Positions 42,521-52,449 of a stretch of DNA of 58,406 nt are shown here, one piece after another. A program made the position numbers and the translations under genes. The stretch spans positions 1 through 58,406 of the IMG/VR virus record IMGVR_UViG_3300044998_000622; one strand, written 5' to 3'. Numbering within the stretch: position 1 is the first letter of the stretch; each line of letters begins with the position of its first letter. Source of the stretch: a virus. Its lineage: Duplodnaviria > Caudoviricetes. The notes below the pieces were generated by a model. That model did not search any database and was not told where the DNA came from. It was given only the letters and a program-made list of their open reading frames with translations.

Positions 42521-43864
42521 ATGGCGACGAAGAGGCGAACGAAGGCCGCGCAGCCGGCGGCTCCGTCCGAGCGGCTACTGCGGTCCCTGGAGGCGCTGCG
42601 GGCGCAGGGGGTCCCGTTCCGGCCGATCTCTGAGCTCCGGAGGCGGACAAACAACCCCCGCGACAACGCGAAAGCGGTCGGAGCGATCGTGGAGTCGCTC
42701 CAGGAGTTCGGCTGGACGACGCCGCTTCTGATGGACGCGGCGGGCGAGGTCGAGGCGGGCGACACGCGGTTCATGGCGGCGGAGCGGCTCGGGCTGGCCG
42801 AGGTCCCGATCCTCCAGACCGACCACGACCCGGAGCTCGCGCGCCGCTACGTCGTGGCGGACAACAGGCTGGGGGAGATCGCTACCTGGGACGGGCTCAA
42901 GCTCGCCGAGATCCTCGACGGGTTCACACCGGATCAGGTCGAGGTGACCGGATTCTCCGTGGAGGAGGTCGAGGCCATGGCGGCGCAGGAGCTCGCCGAG
43001 GCCGAGAAGCGACTGGAGCGATCGGCGCCCGCCTCTGTTGACGAGGCTCTGGCGGACGCCGACGTGCCGCAGCGAGTCGATCGCGGGCAGGTCTGGGAGT
43101 GCGGTCGCCACCTGGTCATCTGTGGCGACGCACGGCGCGTGGCGCCGACAGGCGATCCGTGTGCGATGCTTTTCACCGACCCACCGTACGGCGTGAACTA
43201 CCAGAGCCGAGGCGGCTCGAACAACAGCAGAGGGGCGAAGCACGCGAAGATCAAGAACGATGACATGAGCCCCTCTGAGCTGCGTGTGTTTCTGGAGGAG
43301 GCGTTTCGGGCGGCGCGTGCCTGGCTTGCGCCTGGCGCAACCGCGTACGTGTTCCACGGCGACCAGCGTCCAGGGATCCGTCTCGCATTCGAGGGCGCCT
43401 TCCTCAGCGCAGGATTCGAACTGCTCGGCACCCTTGTCTGGGTGAAGCCGACCGCGACCATGGGATGGCAGGACTACCGCAACGGCTACGAGCCAATCCT
43501 CTACGGAGAGGTGCCAGGCGGCAAGAGGCACAAGGTCTATGACCGCACGCAGTCGACCGTGTGGGACGAGCGCAAGGATGCTGCGTCGGCGTACATGCAC
43601 CCGACGCAGAAGCCGACGAGCCTGGCGATGCGCGCCATGCGAAATTCGACCTCTCCGGGCGACCGGGTGATCGACGTCTTTGGCGGATCGGGCTCGACGC
43701 TGGTGGCTGCTGAGGTCATGAAGCGCAGCGCGGTCTCGATCGAACTGGAGCCGCGGTACTGCGACGTCGCGATCGAGCGGTGGCGCCGGATCTCCGGCGT
43801 CGATCCGAAGCTGGTCGGAATGGCAACGGAGCGCGGCGCCGCTGCGGAAAGGCAAGGTGAGTGA
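42521..43864 (+). CDS. ParB-N domain fused to an N6/N4 DNA methyltransferase (beta order)
   Basis: NNPR, SLQEFGWTTP, AGDTR, ADNRL (ParB-N); HLVICGD, FTDPPYGV, HPTQKP, DVFGGSGST, IELEPRYCDV. Confidence 0.93.
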   Translation: MATKRRTKAAQPAAPSERLLRSLEALRAQGVPFRPISELRRRTNNPRDNAKAVGAIVESLQEFGWTTPLLMDAAGEVEAGDTRFMAAERLGLAEVPILQTDHDPELARRYVVADNRLGEIATWDGLKLAEILDGFTPDQVEVTGFSVEEVEAMAAQELAEAEKRLERSAPASVDEALADADVPQRVDRGQVWECGRHLVICGDARRVAPTGDPCAMLFTDPPYGVNYQSRGGSNNSRGAKHAKIKNDDMSPSELRVFLEEAFRAARAWLAPGATAYVFHGDQRPGIRLAFEGAFLSAGFELLGTLVWVKPTATMGWQDYRNGYEPILYGEVPGGKRHKVYDRTQSTVWDERKDAASAYMHPTQKPTSLAMRAMRNSTSPGDRVIDVFGGSGSTLVAAEVMKRSAVSIELEPRYCDVAIERWRRISGVDPKLVGMATERGAAAERQGE

Positions 43865-44349
43865 TGAAGGACGAGAACGACGAGAGGCCTGAGAACCACG
43901 AGCCCGAGGCGCCGGAGCCGCCGAAGTGGAAACGCGACCCCGGGATGCTCAAGCGCGCCTTCGAGCGGAGCACTTCGTCGATCGCGGACGGCAAGCGCAA
44001 GACGATACCCCACCGGAGGCTGACCTTCCGGGTCGATCACACGATCTGCGAGCCGGACGTCTTCGATGACGACTTCGAGCTCACGGTGGAGAGCCTCACG
44101 GCGGCGGCGGAGCTCGAAGCAAGCCGCGCGGCGAAAGGCGACCCGGTCACGATGGCGGTCATGATGGCGCGCCGGTCTGTGTTCGCTCTCAATGGGGTCC
44201 CGATCGACCGCTCGCGCGGCGAGGACGAGTGGCTCTGGAACGTGCTCGGCACGGCAGGCCGGAACCTCGTCATGAGCATGTTCGTCCACGTCGGCACGCC
44301 GGGCGAGGCCGCCATGGGAAAAGCGGCGGGGACGCTCAGGATCCACTGA
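43861..44349 (+). CDS. Tail assembly chaperone (gpG-like)
   Basis: Upstream of the tape measure; slippery site near the 3' end. Confidence 0.75.
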   Translation: MMKDENDERPENHEPEAPEPPKWKRDPGMLKRAFERSTSSIADGKRKTIPHRRLTFRVDHTICEPDVFDDDFELTVESLTAAAELEASRAAKGDPVTMAVMMARRSVFALNGVPIDRSRGEDEWLWNVLGTAGRNLVMSMFVHVGTPGEAAMGKAAGTLRIH

Positions 44350-44573
44350 GCGATCCCTACTTCGCCTGGTGGTCCTGGATCTCGTTCTGGGCTCGCGAGG
44401 ACTGCGAAGACGTCGTGAGGCGGGTCGCGCGGCGCGTGGCGTTCGTGACCCGCTACTCGTCGGTCGGTCTTGAGGAGGCGCTCGGGTGCGAGAGCTCGTT
44501 CCTCCTCGTGTTCATGGATGAGCTCGCGTCGATCGTCCGAGAGGAGACGAAGGCCGGGGGCTCGCGGGAGTGA
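44316..44573 (+). CDS. -1 frameshift extension of the chaperone (gpGT-like)
   Basis: G GGA AAA at 44316-44322 in the chaperone frame; -1 frame is open to TGA 44573 (GKSGGDAQDPLSDPYFAWW...). Confidence 0.8.
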   Translation, partial: GKSGGDAQDPLSDPYFAWWSWISFWAREDCEDVVRRVARRVAFVTRYSSVGLEEALGCESSFLLVFMDELASIVREETKAGGSRE

Positions 44574-44586
44574 TAGGCTCGGGGCC

Positions 44587-46512
44587 ATGGCCGGCGAAAA
44601 CTACAGGGTCGACGCTTCGCTACGTCTGCATGCCGAGGCAGGCGTCCGGTCGGTCCAGCAGTTCTCCTCGCGCCTGGCCGACCTCTCGGCGCGCATCGGT
44701 GGCGCGCAGTCCATGGCGGGCGGTCTGGTGCGGTCGATCGTCGGGCTCGGCGCCAGCTACGTCGGCGTCCAGGCGCTCGTGAGCGCCTTCTCGGGGCTGA
44801 CGCGCGGCGCAGTCGCGTACCAGACGAGCCTGGAGTCGTCGCGGATCGGCCTCGCGTCCGTCATGAGCGCCGTCGAGAGGGTCTCCTTCTCGCAGGCGCA
44901 GAACGAGGCGGGGGAGCTCTTCAATCAGATCCGCGGGGACGCGATCGAGAGCGTCGCCACGAGCCAGGAGCTCTTCGGGATCTTCCAGGGCATCTACGGT
45001 CCGCTCCGCAACGCGGGCCTGGAGCTCCAGGAGATCCGGGACACCACGAGGGACGTCGTGAGCGCCGCCTCGGCGCTCGGGATCGACTTCGAGCAGGCGA
45101 ACCGCGACGTCCAGGCTATGGCGCGAGGGACGGCAGGCGTGGACGTGCGCCTCTTCTCGATGCTGCGCTCGACCGGCGCCATCGCCGAGGACACGGAGGC
45201 GTTCAACGCCCTCTCGATGCCCGAGCGGATCGAGCGAATGCGCTCTGCGCTGGCGCAGTTCTCCGGGGCGGCGAGCGCGTACGGGCAGAGCTTCTCGGGC
45301 GTCGTATCGACGTTCCAGGACATTGTCGAGTCGCTCACGAGCGCCTTCTTCGGGCCCGGGTTCGAGGCGGTCAGATCGTTCCTGAGCGACATGAACGACC
45401 GCCTGATTGCGAACAGATCGGCGCTCGAATCGGGTCTTGCGGCGGCGGGCCAGGCACTCGCCGACCGGATGGAGAGCGCCTTCAACCGGATCAAGCTCGG
45501 CTTCGACTGGCTCGTCGACCACTGGGACCTGGTCGTCTCGCGCGGCCACGCGCTCGTGGCGCGGGTGCGGGAGGCCGTGCCGCAGCTGATGGCGGCCGCG
45601 AAGGTGTGGGCCGGCATCACGCTGGCGCGGGAAGGGCTCTCGATCGGACTGGGGGCGGCCTCTGCGGCCAGCGGCGCGGTCTCCCTGGCGAGCGAGCTCG
45701 GACTTGGCATGGGAGCCGCAGGCGCGGGCACGGCGGCTGTCGCGGGCACGGCGGCTGGCGCGGCTGGCGCGGCTGGCGCGGCTGGCGGCCTTGGTGCGGC
45801 CCTGACGGCCTTGGCCCCGGTCTTCGCTGCTGTGGCCGGCGTGGCGCTCGCGCTTGGCTCAGCTGTTGCGGTCGCGGCGGAGTACTGGGACCAGATCGTG
45901 GACGTGTTCGACACGCTCAACCCGCTCACGTCGGCGATCTGGGCCGACTTTGAGGCGATCGGAGCCGCGCTCTGGGAGGTGTTGCGCCCCTTGATGAGGC
46001 TTGTCGGCGGCGCCGTGCTCTTCGTCTTCGGCGCGGCCCTGATGCTGATCCTCGGGGTCCTGCGAGTGCTTCTGGTGATCGTCCGACACGTCGTCTCCGC
46101 GCTTGCCGCGCTCGCGAACATCTTTGAGGAGTACGTCGTCACGCCGATCCTGGAAGGGCTTCTGGCTCTAGCTCAAGCGGTCGCAGAGTTCACGACGCTC
46201 ATCACGACCGATCAGGTCGGCGCGCTTCGGCGCCGCCTGTCTGGGCGCGACGTGATCGGAGACCCTCTGGCCGAACTTGAGGCGGCCATCGGTCCTCGCG
46301 AGGGAGCTCGGCCCTTCACCTGGAGCGACGCGCCAACCGACCGCCGGCCGGTCCAGCACAACGACTTCCGCGGTTCGAGGATCACGGTGAACCAGGAGTT
46401 CCGGCAAGCCGACCCTGACCGGATCATGCTCTCCATCGTGGAGGACCTGAACCGGCAGGCCGAGGCGCGGATCTCCTCCGGCTTCGCTCCAGCCCTTGCG
46501 AGGACGTCGTGA
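44587..46512 (+). CDS. Tape measure protein (641 aa)
   Basis: Helical, Ala/Gly-rich, WD repeats, hydrophobic segments; TGA-TAGGCT 7 nt before ATG 44587. Confidence 0.88.
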   Translation: MAGENYRVDASLRLHAEAGVRSVQQFSSRLADLSARIGGAQSMAGGLVRSIVGLGASYVGVQALVSAFSGLTRGAVAYQTSLESSRIGLASVMSAVERVSFSQAQNEAGELFNQIRGDAIESVATSQELFGIFQGIYGPLRNAGLELQEIRDTTRDVVSAASALGIDFEQANRDVQAMARGTAGVDVRLFSMLRSTGAIAEDTEAFNALSMPERIERMRSALAQFSGAASAYGQSFSGVVSTFQDIVESLTSAFFGPGFEAVRSFLSDMNDRLIANRSALESGLAAAGQALADRMESAFNRIKLGFDWLVDHWDLVVSRGHALVARVREAVPQLMAAAKVWAGITLAREGLSIGLGAASAASGAVSLASELGLGMGAAGAGTAAVAGTAAGAAGAAGAAGGLGAALTALAPVFAAVAGVALALGSAVAVAAEYWDQIVDVFDTLNPLTSAIWADFEAIGAALWEVLRPLMRLVGGAVLFVFGAALMLILGVLRVLLVIVRHVVSALAALANIFEEYVVTPILEGLLALAQAVAEFTTLITTDQVGALRRRLSGRDVIGDPLAELEAAIGPREGARPFTWSDAPTDRRPVQHNDFRGSRITVNQEFRQADPDRIMLSIVEDLNRQAEARISSGFAPALARTS

Positions 46513-47582
46513 GCGAGGCACCTCGGCTCGTCATTGAGGAGATCGGCGGAAGGCGATCGCTCTCCCTCGGCTCGCGCGCGCTGCCGTACCAGCGGATCAA
46601 CCTGGGCGGCGTCGAGCAGGCGCGGAAGAAAACCCGCTATCCGGGCAACGCGACGCACACGATCCAGGTCCTCGGGCCCGAGTGGGGCGGCACGACCATC
46701 CAAGGCACCTGGAAGGACCGCTTCCTCACCGGGTGCGTCGAGGCCACGGGCTTTTCCTACCTGCAGCCCGGCGGCGTCGTGCGCGCCCGCGATCTCGTGC
46801 GCGCATTCGTGGAGCTTGCGTCGGCGGGAGTTCCGATCCGGGTGCAGTGGGGGGACGAGATCCGCCGAGGCATCATCGCCACGATCACGCCTACCTGGAT
46901 CCGAGCAGAGGACTGCGAGTATCAGATCGAATTCGACTGGATCGGTCGCGACGAGCCGCAGGTCGGCGTCGCGAGCGGCTCGGAGCCGACGCCCGAGGCT
47001 CAGATCCAGGAAGCCGCCGCCGCCGTGGATCAAGCAGCCGACGCGCGGCCTGCCGCCGTGAGCGGCGCCGAGACGGCGCGGCAGCGCGCGACGCAGCGGA
47101 GCAACAGGGAAGCGGTCGGCCAAGTGTTCGACGCGCTGCGTCGCGTGCGGAGCGGCGTGCAGATCGGGGACCAGATCGCCACGGCGGCGACGGCCATGAT
47201 CTCGTCGGCAGCGCTCGCGATCAACGGCAACGCGGACGCCAACTTCGCGCAGACCTCGGACCGGCCCTACACCGAGCAGACGGTCTTCGACGACGTCGTC
47301 TCCGTGCTCGGCGTCGAGGGCTGGCGCCGCACCTACACCAGGACGGAGCAGAGGTTCGGCGCAGTTGCTCTTTCCGTAGCTGGCGAGCAGGTCTCCAACG
47401 TGGCTCCAGGAGCGATCAACGTCGTCACGATTCGCCAGGGCCAGACGCTCCGCGACATCGCGCAGCAGTTCCTTGGTTCATCCGACGCGTGGCAGCAGAT
47501 CGCCGACTTCAACGACCTCCCGAGCTCGACGCCGCCGGTCGGTACGGTCGTGATCGTGCCAGCAGGACGGAAGAGAGCGTGA
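46509..47582 (+). CDS. Tail tube initiator with C-terminal LysM domain
   Basis: IRQGQTLRDIAQQFLGSSDAWQQIADFNDL.....GTVVIVP. Confidence 0.85.
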   Translation: MSEAPRLVIEEIGGRRSLSLGSRALPYQRINLGGVEQARKKTRYPGNATHTIQVLGPEWGGTTIQGTWKDRFLTGCVEATGFSYLQPGGVVRARDLVRAFVELASAGVPIRVQWGDEIRRGIIATITPTWIRAEDCEYQIEFDWIGRDEPQVGVASGSEPTPEAQIQEAAAAVDQAADARPAAVSGAETARQRATQRSNREAVGQVFDALRRVRSGVQIGDQIATAATAMISSAALAINGNADANFAQTSDRPYTEQTVFDDVVSVLGVEGWRRTYTRTEQRFGAVALSVAGEQVSNVAPGAINVVTIRQGQTLRDIAQQFLGSSDAWQQIADFNDLPSSTPPVGTVVIVPAGRKRA

Positions 47583-49576
47583 CGAACCCGGTCCCGGAGA
47601 TCTTCCGTCCCACGGCTCTCGTGAACCTCCGTCTTCGGATGGAGGAGTTCAACGACGACGGATCGCTGCGCGCGCGACTATCGCCAGCCACAGGGATTCC
47701 TGAGGTCGCGACGACCGATCCGCCGCGACCAGGGTCAGCAACGCGCTCGGTTTCGCGAGAGGCCGCGCTGATGCGCCTTGTGGAGATCGATGACGAGATC
47801 GGTCGGATCGGGCAGCAAAGCCCAGACGCGTGGGCGTCTGACGAGGAGTTCGAAGCGGCTCTGCGCGACCTGTACGCGCAGCGAGACTCCGTCATGAGCG
47901 ATCTTTCCGGTGGAGGCGTGGGTGATCCGCCGCTTTCGATCGACGGTCCAGCTCCGGACGATCGCGTCGCCATCGGCGGGATCGTCCCGATCTCGTTTTC
48001 GATCGAGCGGAACTCGTTGAGGACTGCGGACACAGCGACCGTCACGATCAATCATTCGGACGCGCCGTTCGACCCTCGCCTCATCCGTGCGGCCTCGATC
48101 GAGATCGTGTTCGGAATGGCGCCTCCGTCAAACTGGGAGCGTGGCTCGATGCGTGGGGTCCGCCGGACGGACGGATCGCGGATCTCGCTCCCGGAGCGCG
48201 CGGGCCCAGCGACGACGCGGTTCGTCGGCGTCGTCGACAACTGGGCGGTCAGCTACGACGGTGACGACGGCGACACGATCGAGCTCACCTGTCGAGACCT
48301 CTCCGCGCTGCTGTTCGACGAGCCTCTCCGCCAGGGCACTGGGATCGACCTCTCGCTGCCGATCGACCGGGCGATCTCCGCGTTCCTCGACGGCTACCCG
48401 TCGACGCGCGGCACGCGCGTCGTCTGGGCTGGGTCGGGCGAGGCGCCGACGGTCGGCAGCGCAACCCCGGCGCGGGTGACGGGCACGCGCGGCGGCCGCC
48501 AGAGGCAAGTCCGGTCCGGCGACCAGCGGATGAACCTGTGGGACCACGTCACCGAGGTCTGCGCGCGCGCTGGGCTTGTGCCGATCTTCGTGGACTACGA
48601 GCTCAGGATCGTGAACCCGCGCACGTTCTACGCCTCGGGCAGCCGCGCTCGGCGGATGGTCTACGGGCGGAACCTCCTGCACCTGGAGTTCACGCGGAAG
48701 ATCGGCGGCGTGCAGGTCCCGACCATCGAAGTCCGCAGCTACGACCCGACGATCGGGCGAACCCGGTGGGCCCGCTACCCCGTCGCGGAAGGGCAGCCGG
48801 CCTCGGGGATCATCGGCGTCTCGGACCCGCCGCGGCCTGGTCGGCCGAACGTCCCGCTTGTGTCCGGGCACAACCCGACGGAGCGGATCGCGACCTACCT
48901 CGTGGACGCCGTGAGCGATCCCGCGACCCTCCAAGGGGTCGCGCGAAGCGTGTTCGAACAGGTCGGGCGCCAGGAGATCGAGGGCAACTGCGAGACCGAC
49001 AGCCCCTACACGGTCGACTCGCTCGCCGACGATCCGGACCTCCTGAACGTCGACAGCGGATCGGCGATCGAGCTCCTGGTGACGCGGGCTGTCCACACCT
49101 CCACGGTCGCCGAGGGCCTCTCCGCGACGGAGATCGCGGACCTCACCCGCGAGGCGCGCGTCGACTACCTGGAGCGGCTGGGCTGGACCCGGCGCGTGGC
49201 GGAGAGGTTCGCGGAGCTCCAGGAGAGCACTGCGTTCCAGACGATCTTCCGGGTCCAGAACGCTCGGATCAGCTTCTCAAACACGGATGGGCTCCGGATC
49301 GCGATCGACTTCGTCAACTACATCACGGCGCGCGACGAGAGCCGCTCCGACCGTCAGGCCGACCAGGAGCTCGGGCCTGGCCCGAGCGCAGAGGAGCAGG
49401 AGCTCCGGACGCGGACCGACGAGCCTGCGCGAGCGTACCAGGCCGCGCTGCAGGACCGCGAGGCGCTCACGACGCAGCGCGCTGCTGGCGCCGTGACCGA
49501 GCAGGAGTACCAGGAACGGGTCGCGGATCTCGACGAGGTCGTAGCGGCTCGCCGCCGCTCCGCGGACGAGGTGTGA
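47579..49576 (+). CDS. Baseplate hub protein
   Basis: SIERNSLRTADTATV, FVGVVD, LTCRDLSALL, VYGRNL; follows the LysM gene; start GTG 47579. Confidence 0.8.
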   Translation: MTNPVPEIFRPTALVNLRLRMEEFNDDGSLRARLSPATGIPEVATTDPPRPGSATRSVSREAALMRLVEIDDEIGRIGQQSPDAWASDEEFEAALRDLYAQRDSVMSDLSGGGVGDPPLSIDGPAPDDRVAIGGIVPISFSIERNSLRTADTATVTINHSDAPFDPRLIRAASIEIVFGMAPPSNWERGSMRGVRRTDGSRISLPERAGPATTRFVGVVDNWAVSYDGDDGDTIELTCRDLSALLFDEPLRQGTGIDLSLPIDRAISAFLDGYPSTRGTRVVWAGSGEAPTVGSATPARVTGTRGGRQRQVRSGDQRMNLWDHVTEVCARAGLVPIFVDYELRIVNPRTFYASGSRARRMVYGRNLLHLEFTRKIGGVQVPTIEVRSYDPTIGRTRWARYPVAEGQPASGIIGVSDPPRPGRPNVPLVSGHNPTERIATYLVDAVSDPATLQGVARSVFEQVGRQEIEGNCETDSPYTVDSLADDPDLLNVDSGSAIELLVTRAVHTSTVAEGLSATEIADLTREARVDYLERLGWTRRVAERFAELQESTAFQTIFRVQNARISFSNTDGLRIAIDFVNYITARDESRSDRQADQELGPGPSAEEQELRTRTDEPARAYQAALQDREALTTQRAAGAVTEQEYQERVADLDEVVAARRRSADEV

Positions 49577-49577
49577 C

Positions 49578-50324
49578 GTGGCAACTGGGTCGAGGATCCG
49601 CAGGCGCATCGACGTCAACCGGGTTCGCGAAGCCATGGCGGCCCCCGGGGCGGACCCGCGGTCGTGGGTCCTGCTTGCGCGCGTGGACGACGCGGACGAC
49701 GCGATCCGCTGGGACGACCGGCTCGGATGGCTCGTGGACGTGACGATCACCGGCGGAGAGCTCGATGGCGAGGGTCCGCTTGCATGCCGAGTCCTGTCTC
49801 CATTTGGTGCACCGGGCGGCGGCGCGTTCTGCCCAGTGGTCCGGGGCCAGCCCGTGGCGATCCTGATCGCCTTCGGGAACCCGAACGCGGGCGGCGCTGT
49901 GATCGTAGGATGCCTCTTCGCCGACCAGGACGCCCAGGTGCCGACCGAGATCGTCGGCGAGACGATCGACGCGGCGCTCGCAAAGTCGGCGTTCCTTCTG
50001 CGGACCGACAAGAACTACCTCGCCCAGGTCGGCGACCGGTGGCACGCGAAGGCCTCGGACACGGCCACGCTGGAGGCCCCGAACCTGCGGCTCGCCGACG
50101 CCGACGCAGGCCAGAGCTTCGTCCGGGGCGACGAGCAAAAGGACGCCCTCGTGAACGTACTGGACGCACTCGACGTCTACCTGAACGCCGTGCAGTCGAT
50201 CATGACGGCAGCGCCATTCCCGAAGCCTGGGCTCTCCGTCGCCTACGGCGCCTGGCAAGCCTCCTTGGCCGCCGCCAAGACCGCCCTGGCGTCCGCGCTG
50301 AGCTCGAAGATCAAGGGCTCCTGA
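49578..50324 (+). CDS. Baseplate spike (gpV-like)
   Basis: GAFCPVVRGQPVAILIAFGNPN...IVGCLF OB-fold pattern; position after the hub. Confidence 0.75.
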   Translation: MATGSRIRRRIDVNRVREAMAAPGADPRSWVLLARVDDADDAIRWDDRLGWLVDVTITGGELDGEGPLACRVLSPFGAPGGGAFCPVVRGQPVAILIAFGNPNAGGAVIVGCLFADQDAQVPTEIVGETIDAALAKSAFLLRTDKNYLAQVGDRWHAKASDTATLEAPNLRLADADAGQSFVRGDEQKDALVNVLDALDVYLNAVQSIMTAAPFPKPGLSVAYGAWQASLAAAKTALASALSSKIKGS

Positions 50325-50369
50325 GCGCGGCGCAGGCGCCGACGACGGGCCTGCGGTAGACTCGCGCCG

Positions 50370-52073
50370 ATGGCAGCGAACATGCTCATCGACCAGGCCG
50401 GGCTTCCGGCAGGATCTCCCGGGCAAGCCCGCACCGACGGCCTCGCGACCGGGGCCCTGGTCACCCTTACCTCGACGGGCGGCGGCTCGACGCACCGGTT
50501 TCGCTTGCTCTGGGTGCCACCAGAGGACACCACTGCGGTGGGAAGCCTCACGCAGACCGGACCGACGACGTGGACATTCTCGCCGGATGTTGGCGTCTAC
50601 GGCACCTACCGCATCGAGCTGATCGTAGACGAGGGGCTGTCCACCGAGTCACGCCAGGTGCGCGCGTTCGTCATCCGCACGCCCGGCCAAGGGCTCATCA
50701 TCCCTGCGGCCAACGAGACGGCGGACCCCACCACCAACCTCGCGAACGTCGGCCCGGCCGCGGTCCAGCGGTCGGAGCAGAACGAGCCCTTCGGCCCGTT
50801 CACCGGGGGTTCAGCGTGGGGCTGGTGGAGGGCCTTCCGTGACCTCGTGATGGTCGCGGACGCAGGCGGTAGCGGTGGCACGCTGCAAGCTGCGTACGAC
50901 GGCGGTCAGACCATCGACCAATCCGCATCTGCCGCAACCATCGCAATCACCGCGGGCACGTCCACCGCGGTCGTCATGTCGCTCGCGCGCAGCACACCCG
51001 GCAGCGCGAACGTCCTGGAAGTCACCCGCGCCCCCACGATGTCGCTGCAAGCCGGGGACGGCATCGCGGTCACGATGGGAGCGAATGCGATCGGCCGCGG
51101 AATCGCCGTCGAGCACAGCGGTAGCGGCGCTGCCGTGACAGCTTCGGCGGACGGCACCGGCAACTCTGCGACCTTCACGACTTCGGGTGCGCTCGGATTC
51201 GGTGTCAGCGTCGAAATGACTGACACCGCCAACGCAAACGACGCTCTGGCTGTGCAGCACGTCGGAGAGGGTCGTGCGATTGCAGCGACTGCGGTAGGTG
51301 TGCAGTCACCGGTTGCTGCGCTCATCTCTACCGGAGCCGACGAGTTGATAGAAACGCAGCTTCGGTGCGTCGACTCGGAGGGTGATGCAACCCTCGTCGT
51401 CTCGAACGACACGGTGGAGATCGGGACTTCGACCGCGCCCATTCCGCTCGTGGCGCACGCCTGGGCCGCCTTCAACGGGGAGGTCACCAACGGAGTCGAT
51501 CACACCAGCAACATCCGACGCACTTACGCCGGGTACACGACGCCGGCGGTCGTGACGACGCTCTCGCAGAACAACCAAGGTCAGCTTCTGTGGCGCGCTG
51601 GCACTCGGACTGCTGATTCGACGATCGCAGACCTGGCGCACCGTGCCGGGTCGGACGGGGTAGAGGTCCTGCTGACCAAAGGTGGTCGCGTCAACGCCGA
51701 ATGCACGCTCGTCGAGTGGCCCATCGTCAACGGGCAAACGATCTCTCCCGGTGATGCGGTGGCGGTCACCAGCGGTGGGCGCGTGCGCCGCGCACAAGCT
51801 GGCAACAACGCGCATCCAGGCTTCATCGGAATCTGCCTCGTCGGCGGCACCGGTGATGCTGGCGGCAACGTCTACGCGCTCGTGGCCACGAGCGGAACCG
51901 TGCGCGCCATGGCGGGCCTCACGGCGGGCAGCCCGGTCTTCCTCTCGACCTCGTCTCCCGGCGCTGTGCAGATGACGGTGCCAACGGGTGCGGGCAATCT
52001 GTCGTTGCAGATCGGCTACGCGCTTGACGCAACGACCATGGTCATCCACGTCGAAGGGAGGGTCGTGCTGTGA
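50370..52073 (+). CDS. Virion fibre/spike-like protein
   Basis: Ig-like N-terminus, TLQAAYDGG, beta-helix-like middle, C-terminal ISPGDAV...GLTAGSPVFLS...IGYAL domain. Confidence 0.7.
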   Translation: MAANMLIDQAGLPAGSPGQARTDGLATGALVTLTSTGGGSTHRFRLLWVPPEDTTAVGSLTQTGPTTWTFSPDVGVYGTYRIELIVDEGLSTESRQVRAFVIRTPGQGLIIPAANETADPTTNLANVGPAAVQRSEQNEPFGPFTGGSAWGWWRAFRDLVMVADAGGSGGTLQAAYDGGQTIDQSASAATIAITAGTSTAVVMSLARSTPGSANVLEVTRAPTMSLQAGDGIAVTMGANAIGRGIAVEHSGSGAAVTASADGTGNSATFTTSGALGFGVSVEMTDTANANDALAVQHVGEGRAIAATAVGVQSPVAALISTGADELIETQLRCVDSEGDATLVVSNDTVEIGTSTAPIPLVAHAWAAFNGEVTNGVDHTSNIRRTYAGYTTPAVVTTLSQNNQGQLLWRAGTRTADSTIADLAHRAGSDGVEVLLTKGGRVNAECTLVEWPIVNGQTISPGDAVAVTSGGRVRRAQAGNNAHPGFIGICLVGGTGDAGGNVYALVATSGTVRAMAGLTAGSPVFLSTSSPGAVQMTVPTGAGNLSLQIGYALDATTMVIHVEGRVVL

Positions 52074-52447
52074 GTACATCGAGAGCCATCTTCCGCGACC
52101 CGAGCACGGGTCAAGCGTCGCTAGTCGGTGCGGTGCGCGTCTTCACCATCTCGACGACTTCCGAGACGGCGTATCCCGGAGACGAAGATTGCATCATCGC
52201 GGCCGACACGACGACCGGTGCTCAACAGCACAAGCTGCCGAGTCCCTCCAATCGCGCCGGTCGCCAGTACCTCATCTGTGAAGTGAAGCCGACGCAGGGA
52301 AACACCATCCTGCTCAAGCGGGCAGGGTCAGAGAAGATCAATGGCGTGGCCGCGGACGTCACGCTACCGGGTAGCGGCAGCGGCTCGTCCTCGTACGGGC
52401 GGTGGCATGTCTGGACCAATGGCACCGACTGGTTCCTGAGCACCTGA
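52070..52447 (+). CDS. Virion accessory protein
   Basis: IAADTT....KLPSP...GRQYLI, GSEKINGV, WTNGTDWF, a small domain common in fibre proteins. Confidence 0.7.
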   Translation: MSTSRAIFRDPSTGQASLVGAVRVFTISTTSETAYPGDEDCIIAADTTTGAQQHKLPSPSNRAGRQYLICEVKPTQGNTILLKRAGSEKINGVAADVTLPGSGSGSSSYGRWHVWTNGTDWFLST

Positions 52448-52449
52448 CC

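Noticed and set aside
42521-43000. ParB domain as a plasmid-prophage partition system
   Set aside because: It is the N-terminal domain of a common ParB-methyltransferase fusion; no ParA or parS array seen.
45754-45790. GCTGGCGCG tandem repeats in the tape measure
   Set aside because: Ordinary low-complexity Ala/Gly linker.
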